Program-made: the position numbers and the translations under genes
Assembly: GCA_000002445.1 (NCBI GenBank)
Contig: AE017150.2
Span: 1 to 64,000 of the forward strand
Length of the DNA stretch: 64,000 nucleotides
DNA from: Trypanosoma brucei
Taxonomy: Eukaryota
Reading direction: 5' to 3'
Notes under the pieces: model-generated
Databases searched by the model: none
What the model was told of the DNA's origin: nothing
The model's input: only the letters and a program-made list of their open reading frames with translations
Part shown: positions 48,744 through 61,398 of the stretch, piece after piece
Numbering within the stretch: position 1 is the stretch's first letter
How the letters are laid out: each line of letters starts with the position of its first letter

Positions 48744-50800
48744 TTCACTCTCTGAATAATAATCTTAATTGAGTGCGTTGTGTTATTTCCTTTCTTTGTA
48801 ACATAAATTTTAAAAAAGGGATAAAAGATGAGAGAATTTAAAATAGATACATTTCTAAACCAAAGCAAATATACAATCAATGAATATCAGGAATTAATAT
48901 GGCAGGTGGAAACTATTTATTGAAATTAGAATTCAATACAAATCTTATCATGTGTTAAGAACTCACAGCAACTTAAGCACAAATAAGGTATGACAGTACG
49001 AATAGACATTTCTGTTTGGAGGAAAGCTCAAACAACAATTCCCATTCAGAGCACACAATCATTCCAGAAAAAAAAAATATACTTAGATATATTTATTTAT
49101 GAAAAAGCAAAAAAAATAAATGTGGCATTGCCATAAAAAACAGCATATAATAGGTTTAGTGATAAATCATGCAAAACGTAGAATCCTCGGGTGCATACAG
49201 AAAAGTGCCTTACTTACCTTACAAAATTAAAAATATACCAAAAGTAAAAATAAATATAAAACATTATCTTCACAAATCAAACCAGACACGTATTAAGCAA
49301 GAGAAAATAATTCATATAATCTCATACATATGTTATGATGGGCATTGCATGCAGTACAATTTAAAGGAAGTGTAACTCATATAACATTTTCAAAAAAAGG
49401 TATTGAATGGTTGTTTGCTACCATCAATTACATTTCCAATGCCTAATTACACTTTTATATGCATGAAGGAAGTTACAGATGATAACTTTGACATGCTCGA
49501 GAATTCATAACACAAAGCGACTGCTGCATGCAAATAAAAAAATATAAATATAAATAACATCCGAATTCATTTACTGACAGATGAGTGCAATTCATTCACC
49601 CAAACTTCATAGCTGCAAATATAAACTCGCTGCTGCCAATAAGAAATAATCCCGCATAAATATTGAGTATCTGAAAATGATAGCAACGGGTTTCCATTTT
49701 TGAAATATATGCATAAACTACATGAGGTATATGAAGTCATATTGGTAAAGTGTCACTACGCATGTTGCAATTTACTATCAGAAGTGTCTGCCTTATTTTA
49801 TTTCTTGTGTTACTGTAACTCATGAGTATCATTCATTATTCTTTACAATACAACTGTAAGTCATTTTGCATTTTTTTATATTTTCTTATTCCCTCATACT
49901 GGAAGTATTCCACATATGAGATTCCTCAATATCGTTCACAAAATAAAAATAATTTTATTTACTTCTGCATTCAGTTTCTCGTGTAGCAGTGTGTACACTA
50001 ATCATCCATAAAGTTTTTAATTTGCCAAATACATCATTACGAAACTATTTTCCACAAATAAACAAACAAACATTCCATTGGGACAATATCTTTGAGATAT
50101 TTCCTTCACCATATTCGCAGTTCAGTAGTGATTAAAAGAAACTTTTCTGTATAATTCAACACATGGTGGAATTGCACAGAAATGTGATGGTACTTATAAT
50201 CCATAAGTTCCCAATTTTCCTCACATGGTCTCCTTTTTATGCCTTTACATCCTTATATAATTCACAGAGAATTACTGCAATTTCTTTCATATGCTTTCAG
50301 GATTCCATATGTCACAACACAAATAATATATACATTTACACATATATATAATTTGGACATAATATTGCTTAACATATAAATTATCACAAACCTATGACTT
50401 TACACTCCTCCTAAGAATAATAGAATCAAATTATTTCTATTTTGCATCATTACATGAAGCTTTGGAAAAGGAAAAAAAGAATAAAACAAAAGGTAAAGAA
50501 CACAGTTTTTTAATACAGATTATAACTTGTTTGTGAATTTCAGATGCAAACACAAAATGTTCAAACAGGGAAACAGTAAAGGACGTTACTGGTGATGTAA
50601 GCACAAATTAACCAAAAATAGAAACATAAATAAAATTGAAACTTATAAAAACACAAATATATATGATACAAATATTTACCACATATTATAATTCGCCACC
50701 CTCACACTTGAATTATAAAGAGTACATAACACAAATATGTGGTAAAACTAATACAACTCGAATATACATATGTATGTATGTATGTGTGTGTAGAAATGAT
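48744..50800. repeat. Composite flank: 48744-49200 matches 27573-28030 (type-Y RHS 5' flank); 49300-50800 matches family A (5600-7165)
   Basis: ttcactctctgaataataatcttaattgagtgcgttgtgttatttcctttctttgtaacataaat at 48744 versus the same at 27573; the later part is collinear with A-repeat copies. Confidence 0.75.
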
Positions 50801-53800
50801 GAAATGTAATTGTAACAAACCAGGCACAACACAAACAAAATATATGCATTATATTATTCTCTAAAAAGTAGAAGAATAAAAATCAAGAAATATTACGCAG
50901 CTTTTCTCACAAGTAATTTTGTTTCTATACATATATATATACATATATAACACGACAGCTGACAACATTAAACTCTCAATTCCATAATATCTGACGCCTG
51001 AAGTGATAATTAGCAGCGGATGCCTTTAACAAAAAACAATAGGAATAACAACATCAAAGCATGTTTTGAGAGCTTAAATAAACTTCCTCATGGATAAACC
51101 ATTTGTACGAAGTTTGAGTGCCAACTTGGAGGAACAAAGAAAAAATAAAAAAGAAGAATTAAATGGTAAAAGAATTGCGTGTGATATAACTAAAGGATTT
51201 GTTAGGCACTACACTCATTAAACTCCAATTTCATAAAAATACTGTAAGGCATAATATTTACTGCTTTACCGGTTATGTGCCTCCAGCAAGCAATAATAAA
51301 TACTTCGAGTATTATTCAATTTCTGATGCTATGAAGTGTGTAATAAAGTAGTGCATGAGTAAAATATTCAAATGTTGGTGTTCACTTCAAATTATAGACT
51401 CTGCACTATGAATGTCTCTCGATGTTTATAATTTGAGAGAGCAAAAGTGACGGCGCTACTATTTATTTCTTCCAGTTCATGAATATATAAATATATTTAT
51501 ACATATATATAATCAGAGGTGACATGCAAAAGCGTTTAAACATCAGGCATGAACATCTTTCCATCCATTTAAAGTAAGACGATACAATAAGGTAAGTTTA
51601 GGATGAAGTGAAGGTATCATAATGTTAACATCTTCCTTCAAGCGGAGGATTCAATTTAAATAGGCGTACTTCACAAACAATAGTAAAATAACTGAGAAAA
51701 CTTATGTCACTTAATCGTTATTTCCTTCAATTCTTATTTTGAATCGCTCTGTACCGTCACACCTTCAATAAAGTATATAGTGACGCATTTCACACATCCT
51801 CCCTAAGCCATCTCTCATAGTCATAGCTCTCCACAGCAATAATAAAAAATAATGAATAGTTTAGTTCTTACCTTCCCTTTTTTACTACCGACAAGAAAGA
51901 TATACGAAATAATTATCATACTGAATAAACAGTAAGGTTTCCTCATCATCCTACACAAAATATGAATTGAAACGATAATTTACTAACGAAGCGGAAGTGT
52001 CTGAAAGCGTCTTTAACTCGTCTCCTGTGCGGGGCGAAGAGGGTTGTGTTGTGTGGGCTTTCTAAAAATTTCACTCTCTTGCAGACAGCTGCGTAAATAA
52101 ACGGGGAGTACAGGTGTGTTTAGAGAAATATAACCGTACAAAATAATACTCTGCACTCCTAAGTCCAAAACCATTCATAATGCAGGTTTTCATTAAAAAA
52201 ATAAGTAGCAGTAGTAGTAGTAAGGAGAAAGCTATTGTTTTTTCTCACTCCTGCTGCCACGTACATCATGCGTAATACAACAGTTTCCATTTATTCTATG
52301 GTAGATTTTTTCACATAGCAAGGGATACTCGGAATTGCTGTATCACTTTCGTTGTCCCAGCCATACTGTCTGCTTTTCATGGTTAAACTAAAACTCCAAT
52401 GAAATCACATTGTTGTGTCATCTTTTGCGAGTCACCAATAATGGTTGTGCCCCACATTCCTCCATGTTCGTAACTATTTTGTTTCCACGACATTTAACCA
52501 CGTCATGTGCCTCACACTGATAAATATGTTGCATATCCATGTTTGAGTCCTCAATCTTTCAGGGGTCGCCTGCTGCAGCCTCACGAGAAGTGCATGTCCT
52601 GAAAAAACTCTTGTGATGGTGTGTAAAATTCCAGGAGTCCATTTTATTAACTGATGGGGAGTCGATTCAAATTCACTAATTCCTCATTTTTGCTAACGTA
52701 TCGGAACCCCAGCCGAATATCTTCAGGCAACTTCACTTGAGAGAGGAATGACTTTAGATCAAACAATGCCACCGACTGGTCATGGAGAGTATTTAAATAC
52801 TGGGAAAAGTGACCCAATGGGGCATATGCCTCATAATCATCCCTGCTCTTTTTAGCCTTTGGTCATGCAATAAACCAACACCTTCTTCCAAATCTGTGTT
52901 TCCTCCATCACAAATAATGGCACACAACCCATCCTGTCGTATGTCTCTCTGAAACTGGGCCAATGATACGCGGCTGCTTCATTATTTGGGCATACTTTTC
53001 TACAATGCGCAATTCTGACTCCTTCTTTGATACTTTCTCTCTTTCTTTCTTTCTGCATCATCTGTGCTATTCATGATGCTCCAAACCTCATCAAATCGTT
53101 TACTCGCTGCTTACATCATCCTCTGTCAAATCCACGGAAGGGAAATCATTCCCACATTCATTTCCTATTGGAGAGGTGAAGTCTTTTTTTTTTCTCTTCC
53201 CGTGAGGTCACCTTCATTTCCCCTTGTGAGTGTCAAGGAATGCTGTGCAATCGATAATTTGGGAAGATATTCACCGTTATAAGTCCCGGCTTCCCTCACA
53301 CTGAGGCCGCACATTTCTTTCAATTGTATCTTACATCAAAAACATTAAAAGAACCGGCTTGCTTACGGAAGCTGTCACACATCTGAGATACCACACTGTG
53401 CCTCGTGGAAGTTCTATTGTGTAGATATGCTTTCCCAATTGTATTAATAATATGTTGTCAATGTCGTGTTCCATTGCAACTACTTCCGCTGCGCGTGTCA
53501 GCAGTGCTCTTCTCTTTATGGGATGTTCTATCATTACGTATGGTCTTTTCAGTATGGTGTCACTTTTCCCCTTTGTGGTAATGGCTATGAACTTCTTCCT
53601 CTTTCCTCCAGAGGTTCCTCCCTATGACTTTTCTCACACTGGCAATATCCTTTTCCCAGTTGATATTTACGCATCGTGTGACTCTGTGGGTATCGCTTTT
53701 GAATTTCTTTGGAAGGTTCCCTCGAAAAAAAATCCACTATTGAGGCTTGCCTGCCGTGTGAGTGTGGTATAACATTTTTCTCTTTTTTTTTGGAGCTGTG

Positions 53801-54144
53801 TAATTTCTTTTTGCCATCGCATGGCTGGGTGTAATTCAGGTCACTACTCATATTGCGACTGGATACCACTCTGGACGGAACTTCCTGCAAGATATTATCG
53901 AATCCCCATTACAACATGTGTTGTGTTTGTTTGATGGGTTTACCTGTTACCGTATTGTAAAGATGGACCCAAAAACAAAATCCGCGTCGGTGTGTCCAAT
54001 AGAGATGATGGAAGAGTTCTCCTGTACTGAAATAGCAATGCTTTTTGCGAGTCGTAAACTTACAACAACAAATAGAAGTGCAGTTGCATCCTATGCTGGA
54101 ATGCGGTAATGATTTTCCGCCAATGCATAAAAACACCGCATGAT

Positions 54145-55835
54145 GAATTCCCTATCGCTCAAATGTTTTAGTCCTCAGCCACATTCACTTTGCTATTCTA
54201 TTGGCTCCTGAAACCAATGTCATGATGTACGGATGGCTTTGTGTGGGAACTGCAATAAAAATAAGAATAATAATAATAATAACTCCTTTCACCAATGAGT
54301 TTACTATTGGTTGTAAAAGTGCTCTTGGTGCCACTCCATTTTTCTTTTCTTGAGTCCCCAGCTGCTGAAGACCTGTTGTATTTTTTAAAAAGAGTGATGC
54401 ACCGTTTTATTCCCCACCCCTTTCAGGTGAATTTCTCCTGCACGGTTGATACTTTCCCATTGTAGAATGTTCCTCAAGGTGTTTCCTTTGTGAAGCTTTG
54501 GTTATGCTATAATTAAAGACCACTCAACTCCATGCTTCCGGGACCTGCTGTTGCATTTATTCCCCTTTAGTTGCTGCAAATTTATTCATTTGACAAGTTG
54601 TAGTGCAATACTTCACTTGACCATATGTGTAACATCGTGTCTCGTTGCTTTGTAAAAACTCAAAAAGAACACATCAGGTGATATTCTTCTGTTCTTACTT
54701 CGTACATTCACATCTCTTCCCGTCAGTTCGGAAACTCCCACACAAACTCACCACTCTGTGAAGATTTGTAATTTCCGTTAGTGATGGGCGTACTGAAGTG
54801 GGAATGTTTGGCACTTCAAAAACTAAGTTTTTTAAACTTACACCTTCCTTCTTGCATAGAGCTTCATTTCGAGAGTAAAAGAATAGTTGAGTATCATGAG
54901 AAAACATAAGCCCAAATATTCTCAACGCAAGCTTTCAATAAAAACAAACACATTAAGATGGTTCAGTGAACACATGCAGGATAATCCCTAGCAAAGGTAT
55001 TATTCACACCCAATAAACAACTCAAACAAATAACACCAGCATACATATCGCAGACACATATAAGTTGCACCTGCACAAACAAATAAAGACTGCTGTGACT
55101 CATCATGTGTAAAATATTATGAGCACAAAAACATAAATGTATTTGATCTTCCATGAATGTATAACACAATATTATTTTGCATTATCACCGGAAAAATATT
55201 TTTTTTATATTGATATATATATATTCAGCTAAAAGTCAAGAGTGAGCTGTGGCCTTGTAGAACTGTAAATGCGTGCATGTTCTGATATTGTTGTTTCCCA
55301 TTGTAAAATGAAGATACCTGCAGATGTGAGGAAACGACTCCTTTAATGCTTATGATGCATCAAATAATTCTCTCGTAAGGAAAGGAGAGAACAAATGCTC
55401 AGTACACGTGTCCCTATTTGTATCTTTCAATGAAGGTTCTCTTGAATGGAGTAAAGAAAAAAACAGAGAAAAAGCAAGAAGTATATGATGTAATTGGTGA
55501 GACATAATGAAATGACCCAACAAGAGGGAGAGGAAGTTACATGCCTTGACTAAAGTCATACAAATAAAGCCAGACCCTTCACACTCGTTTTACAATGTTC
55601 TGTCGTATCGCTCTGCATAAAAAAAAAAATACTAATAGGAAAGGGAAATGTAAGAATAGAGTAAAAAAGCATCAAATAGCTTGAGGATTATCGACACTCA
55701 GCTACGTGGAATGATACGTATCGCAAATTTGTGTTTGAAATGATCACCATCCTAATGAACTTACCCGTATGTTACTTAATCCTAGGAAATACTTCTCTGT
55801 GCGCTCAAGTTACCTGGCAACTTTCCTTCCGCACC
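54145..55835. repeat. Segmental duplicate of 1-1682 (RHS 3' flank), continuing through the RHS gene and its 5' flank; the whole 1-7150 unit matches 54145-60540
   Basis: gaattccctatcgctcaaatgttttagtcctcag at position 1 and at 54145; high identity thereafter, including the small ORFs 549..761 and 54695..54925. Confidence 0.9.
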
Positions 55836-58340
55836 CTATGCATTGTTACCACCTCTATTGTTAACTCCGTTGTTATTTTCACCTCTTGTTTTCAATTCAA
55901 CGTATAGTGCAATAATGTGTTTATAAAGTGAGACCGCGAACTGACGCACTTCCCTTTTCCAAAATCTTTCCTCAACCTCATTATTTTGCCCTTCATCTCT
56001 GTCAGTCCTTTCACAGCACTGCGGCTTCGTAATTTTTTCGCTGTCAACCCTTTGGACATAAATTATTTCCCATACCATATCATTGGAAAAATTGTCCCAA
56101 CCTTGGAAGTAACTTCGCAAATACCTCTTCATCTTAAATAACCCACCGGTGCTGCAGGGATGTCTACCGGAAACTGTGTACTGCAGTCCCACAAAAGTCT
56201 TCGGGCTCTCAACGAAAAAGAACGCATCAACAACTGGGAAGCTCCTTGATTGCGGCTTGTACAATTTCATGTATTGAATTTCAGCTCCAGCTACAATTGG
56301 AACATCCTCAGGAACCACAATCGAAGGACCAATGAGTCTTGGTTCTTGCAGCACCTGCAGCACACTTTGTGGAATTTGATTCCTAGCAAATGAAAGGCCC
56401 TGTAACTCCCTTGCCAACTCAGTTAGTGTATTCTCATGCGACAATGCTTCAATGCCACTCTTCTCAAACATGTAGGCGGCGATAGCGCGGTTAGACAGCA
56501 GAGCAGACATTGCAGCATATTTATCCGTTAGCCAAGGTATCAGAAAGTCTAAAATAGCTTGTCCCGTGTAAGATGAAAGCGGTCTGCAGCGATACATTTC
56601 ACACAGGAGCTTCTCCTCCTTCACTCGAACAACCCCTACTAACTTGTGTGATACTTCATCTGTTTGCCACATAGCTGCGTTTTGGAAATATTTAGCGTAA
56701 TCATTCATATCATCATCTTTCATTTTGCCAATGGCTTCCTGAACCTTTCCCTCCTGCCTATTATACGAACTAAGACGACCAATATGACGAAGCAGTGGAC
56801 CAACGATACGAATGCGAGCTTGAATTTCTTGCCATTCACTTTCAATTTTCTCCTTTGCAACTGGAGGACTCCACTTGTAAGCAGGAGCAATTTTCCCCCA
56901 TCTCGATATGTGTATGGCTTCCAAATCCTTCAATGTATCACAGTTCATGTAAATATCTGAGGCGGTGTTTTGCTTGGACCATTCATGGAATTGCTTGACG
57001 TTTGGAGAGCTCAAAGCAATACCGGCACAACCAGCAGGTGGTTTCGTCGGAGCAGGATGGTCCTTGTCCACATCGAATATAACGTATCCCTTGATATCCT
57101 CACCGCTACGTGATCCTCCGATTATTTGCTCAACAACTGTAAATGCATTCCCATAATCATTGTAAAACGTAACATATCCTGCTCGACCACCTATGGGTTT
57201 GTGAAACACATACGCCTTACCCCTCACAACGTATATGATAATCTGAAGCTGACTCGCTTCATAATGCAGTAGTTTGTATAACAGTAGGGATCCCACGGAA
57301 AACGATTTACCAATACCAGGTGTACCAATAAGAACATTAGACGCATCGTCAACAATCACTTCATCCATAAGCCACCGGTTAAGCACATTCTCCACCTTGT
57401 ACCACACCCTCAGTGCTTCCCTGCGGATATAAACATCACTTTTAAAAACATACTCCACTCCCTTCTCATGATTAATATCATAATCATTTGGGTTCTTTTC
57501 GAAAGACGTGTATGGCCAACCCATTTGAGATGTAAGCACAGCAATCTCCAAGTTACCGTGACGGGGAAGTGGTTCGTTCATAGTTTCCGGAGTGTGACTG
57601 ACATCAACCTCCTCCTTCGTCCACATGTGTGGCGGTCTTCCATTGAACACTTTCATTCCAAGTGGCTCTGTATCATGACCCGACTCCACATAACTCCACG
57701 TCGCATTGTATATAGAATCATATACTCCTTTAAGTTCGCTACCATCAGCTGTTTGGGCAGCTCGCTTTTCCGCTCTCTTGGCGGCCGTCACCGCTCCATC
57801 CAACCTTCCCCTCGCCACGGGACCAACAAATTCTCTTATTTCCACTGTCCCCTTCTCCTCCCACTGACTGAGGTAGTAAATTTCTTTTTCATCAAGGTAC
57901 CTTGCTTTCCGCTTCATTTCAGAGAATTGGTCATATAATTCTTTATATTCCTCAAACTGATAAAGCCGCTGTATCCTTTCTAGAATCCCGGCATCCAAAA
58001 TATAATCCCCTGGGCTTTGAACAAACACATCCATGGCCACATTCTCTGTGTTATACGTGTTTAAAAACTTTTTCAGCAAAAAGTCATGCAGTGTCAAATT
58101 ACGCAAACCCGCATAATCATCCAGCAGCACATCCCTCACCTTACTATCCATAGTCCAGTTGGGCCCCCCTTCAGTTCTCTGCCGTATTTGTGGAGGCTGA
58201 GCAGCAGCAGCAGCAGCAGGAGGAGGAGGCGGCGGTACATTTTCATCCCGTGGCCTCCTCATGGGCCCTTCAAAATTATCTGCCACTTGTTGATTTTCAT
58301 TATTTCCTTGTGGAGCTGCGGGACTATTTGCTCTTGACAT
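55836..58340 (-). CDS. RHS: RHS protein, 834 aa, intact; paralog of 1683..4172
   Basis: ATG at 58338-58340. IGTPGIGKSFSVGSLLLYKLLHYEASQLQIIIYVVRGKAYVFHKPIGGRAGYVTFY is identical to the 1683 copy. Longer (GCA/GGA)n tract gives PPPPPAAAAAAQPP. Confidence 0.9.
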   Translation of the reverse strand: MSRANSPAAPQGNNENQQVADNFEGPMRRPRDENVPPPPPPAAAAAAQPPQIRQRTEGGPNWTMDSKVRDVLLDDYAGLRNLTLHDFLLKKFLNTYNTENVAMDVFVQSPGDYILDAGILERIQRLYQFEEYKELYDQFSEMKRKARYLDEKEIYYLSQWEEKGTVEIREFVGPVARGRLDGAVTAAKRAEKRAAQTADGSELKGVYDSIYNATWSYVESGHDTEPLGMKVFNGRPPHMWTKEEVDVSHTPETMNEPLPRHGNLEIAVLTSQMGWPYTSFEKNPNDYDINHEKGVEYVFKSDVYIRREALRVWYKVENVLNRWLMDEVIVDDASNVLIGTPGIGKSFSVGSLLLYKLLHYEASQLQIIIYVVRGKAYVFHKPIGGRAGYVTFYNDYGNAFTVVEQIIGGSRSGEDIKGYVIFDVDKDHPAPTKPPAGCAGIALSSPNVKQFHEWSKQNTASDIYMNCDTLKDLEAIHISRWGKIAPAYKWSPPVAKEKIESEWQEIQARIRIVGPLLRHIGRLSSYNRQEGKVQEAIGKMKDDDMNDYAKYFQNAAMWQTDEVSHKLVGVVRVKEEKLLCEMYRCRPLSSYTGQAILDFLIPWLTDKYAAMSALLSNRAIAAYMFEKSGIEALSHENTLTELARELQGLSFARNQIPQSVLQVLQEPRLIGPSIVVPEDVPIVAGAEIQYMKLYKPQSRSFPVVDAFFFVESPKTFVGLQYTVSGRHPCSTGGLFKMKRYLRSYFQGWDNFSNDMVWEIIYVQRVDSEKITKPQCCERTDRDEGQNNEVEERFWKREVRQFAVSLYKHIIALYVELKTRGENNNGVNNRGGNNA

Positions 58341-60540
58341 AACTCTCTTAATATTATTAACTTAACTTCCTTTCCTTTTCTTTTTTCTCTGAAATTATAA
58401 ATAACTGAAGTAAAATAATAGATAAGAAAACAATAGCGGGTGAACAGTGTAACATAATATCAAATGTAATAGAGCGCGTTAATGTTTATTCACTATAGTT
58501 TGCAGAATATGATATCATAATGTATTTGGTATTGAGAGGAACAATTTCAAAATATAGCAGCTGTAAATAAATATTTCCCTTGCTTCATTATCATGTGCTA
58601 AATATAATGAACTTCATACATCATTTCTTTAACTATGAATAACATGCAGACAAAAAATATTACTGCCTCATATACCTGCATAAACACTTCGTATATATAA
58701 TCAATATTTAAAGAGAGTCAAATTCTATTGATTAAAATCAAGTAAAACAATAAACAAAAAATTTATGGATATTAATGAAGCGAAGAAAAAGAGTATCGGC
58801 ACAACACATAGATATACACACACATGAATACACACCACACAACTACACAACTGTTCCACTGGAGTTTCCTCACTTCTGTCAATACGTAACATTCACTTGC
58901 ATTGAATAAACTCATTGAAATATAAATCACTTATCCCCTCCCCCGTGTATTCACTTACTTCCAAAGGAGAATATTAAATAATGTCTGTAGGACAGGTAAA
59001 AAAAAACTGATAGTCTTTTTGCATCAGATAACCAGAGAGTATTTCTGTTTACTTTCATAATAAATAAAAACATTCTTTCACCTTCAGTTAAAATAAAATT
59101 TAATTACTTGCCTCCTCATTGTTCACAACTATCAACAACTAATTCAGCCCCACACATTCACATGTATTTTATGTGCCATCGTTGTTTGATTCATTCACAC
59201 ACCTTTTATGATAGCGATAATACAACATATGGAAAATAATTGGAATAAAATTAATACAATTAATTGAGGAAACCGTAAAAGATTATCATAACATATCTTT
59301 TATTTTCCCTCCTTTCATTTACACTGATTAATTATGTAATGAGACAATTCCTTTTCAGTACGTGTCCACACTTATTGTATCATCATTGTAAGTTTCCTAT
59401 TGCTCACATACATAAAGTTATTGGAATAACAAAAAAATAAAACAACACATCTAAATAACTTGAAAAAATATATAACAAATAAAGGTAATAAAGAAAATAA
59501 GCGTGAACAGACAGATAATAAAATGAAACACGTCTCGCACTTTCCTTATAAATATTCAATAGTTGGCGGATTACAAATAAAAACAATTACACATTATAGA
59601 AAAGAAGAGATATAATTACATTATACACCTGTATGTGGATATGTAACAGTGAGTCATAGTAGAAATAAATTGTCTAAACACAATAGTTATGGAAGATAAA
59701 ATAATTCAAAATATTAAAAATATTATTCTATCAACATTCCCTTCCTTCTCCATTAAGTTTTCAAATGGTTTCAAATAATAATTCACATAATCTTATACAT
59801 ATGTTATGATGGGTATTGCATGCAGTACAATTTAAAGGAAGTAAAACTCATATAACATTTTCAAAAATAGGTATTGAATGACTGTTTGCTACCATCAATT
59901 ACATTTCCAATGCCTGATTACACTTTTATATGCATGAAGGAAGTTACTGATGATAACTTTGACATGCTCGAGAATTCATAACACAAAGCGACTGCTGCAT
60001 GCAATAAAAAATAAAAATAAAAATAACATCCGAATTCATTTACTGACAGATGAGTGCAATTCATTCACCCAAACTTCATAGCTGCAAATATAAACTCGCT
60101 GCTGCCAATAGGAAATAATCCCGCATAAATATTGAGTATCTGAAAATGATAGCAACGGGTTTCCATTATTTAAATATATACATAAACTACATGAGGTATA
60201 TGAAGCCATATTTGTAAAGTGTCACTACACATGTTGCAATTTACTATCAAAAGTGTCTGCCTTATTTTATTTCTTGTGTTACTTTAACTCATGAGTATTA
60301 TTCATTATTCTTTACAATACAACTGTAAGTCATTTTGCATTTTTTTATATTTTCTTATTCCCTCATACTGGAAGTGTTCCACATATGAGATTCCTCAATA
60401 TCGTTCACAAAATAAAAATAATTTTATTTACTTCTGCATTCAGTTTCTCGTGTAGCAGTGTGTACACTAATCATCCATAAAGTTTTTAATTTGCCAAATA
60501 CATCATTACGAAACTATTTTCATACACAAACACAAACACA
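58341..60540. repeat. RHS 5'-flank repeat, copy 5
   Basis: Collinear with 4173-6350 and with copy 2. Confidence 0.8.
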
Positions 60541-61398
60541 TACAAATAAACAACCAAACATTTTTAAATGTTGTTGTGAAACGGAAATTGAATCACGGAA
60601 AATTGTGGGGCGCACACGTAATGGGCACCATGAATGCCTCTTTGGATATTCCTCTATGGATTTTCACCAGCATCATCAACTTACTTTTTGTGTAAAAAAA
60701 AACAAAAAAGAAAAAAAGAAAAAAGAAATTTAAAAAGAAAACAAAAAAGAAATAAAGGTACAAATGCATTAATAAACCCAACTCCTCAGCAGGAAATCAA
60801 GAACAGGAAGCCACGAAAAGCGTATGGCACATATGATTTTCACCTCTCAGTTACTTAAGGTGGATCGCATGATTTACCCACCTTCTAAGAACACACCCTC
60901 CGAGAGGCCCGATTAAAAGAAAAAAAAACGCTATGACGGTTGAAAAGACGTTTTTCATAAACCTTCACTTTATACGTGAGGATGCATGAATAAACAATGA
61001 TAACGATGAGAATGCTAACGGAAACAATGACGAACCGTGAGGATCCTAGAAAAAAAAATAAAATAAAATCATCACGTACCTTCGCAGTAGGGAAACTTAA
61101 TAAATAACAAAATATAAATATTCCCTACACAGAGGTATAGGGAGTGTTCGTCAACTTCGTAATGCTAATCAAAAAGCCTTCAAATGTATCGATCATTCGT
61201 GTAGTCAATCAAATAAGAAGTAACATGTACTACACGCACAAAAGCACACTTATAAAGCCTACAAACCCACTTGCCCCCTTTTAGAGAATACCACTCTCTA
61301 GTCAGTGATAGGAGAGGTGATATTAAAAGTATTCCCTTTATAATTATTTCTGACTCCTCAATTCGTTGCAACATAACATAACATGCAAAGATGTTGCA
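60540..61398. repeat. Duplicate of 35000-35797 (3' flank of the 35798-type RHS); with the gene and 5' flank, 35000-38250 matches 60540-63790
   Basis: Shared blocks cacaaacacaaacacatacaaataaacaaccaaacatttttaaatgttgttgtgaaacg and ccttctaagaacacaccctccgagaggcccgattaaaag. Copy 2 carries an A-rich expansion at 60690-60760. Confidence 0.85.

Noticed and set aside
60690-60760. A-rich expansion (aaaaaaaacaaaaaagaaaaaaagaaaaaagaaatttaaaaagaaaacaaaaaagaaa) as a possible retroelement poly(A) tail
   Set aside because: It is an internal expansion within a duplicated flank (35100-35150 has the short form), with no element body upstream. Simple slippage is the likelier cause.
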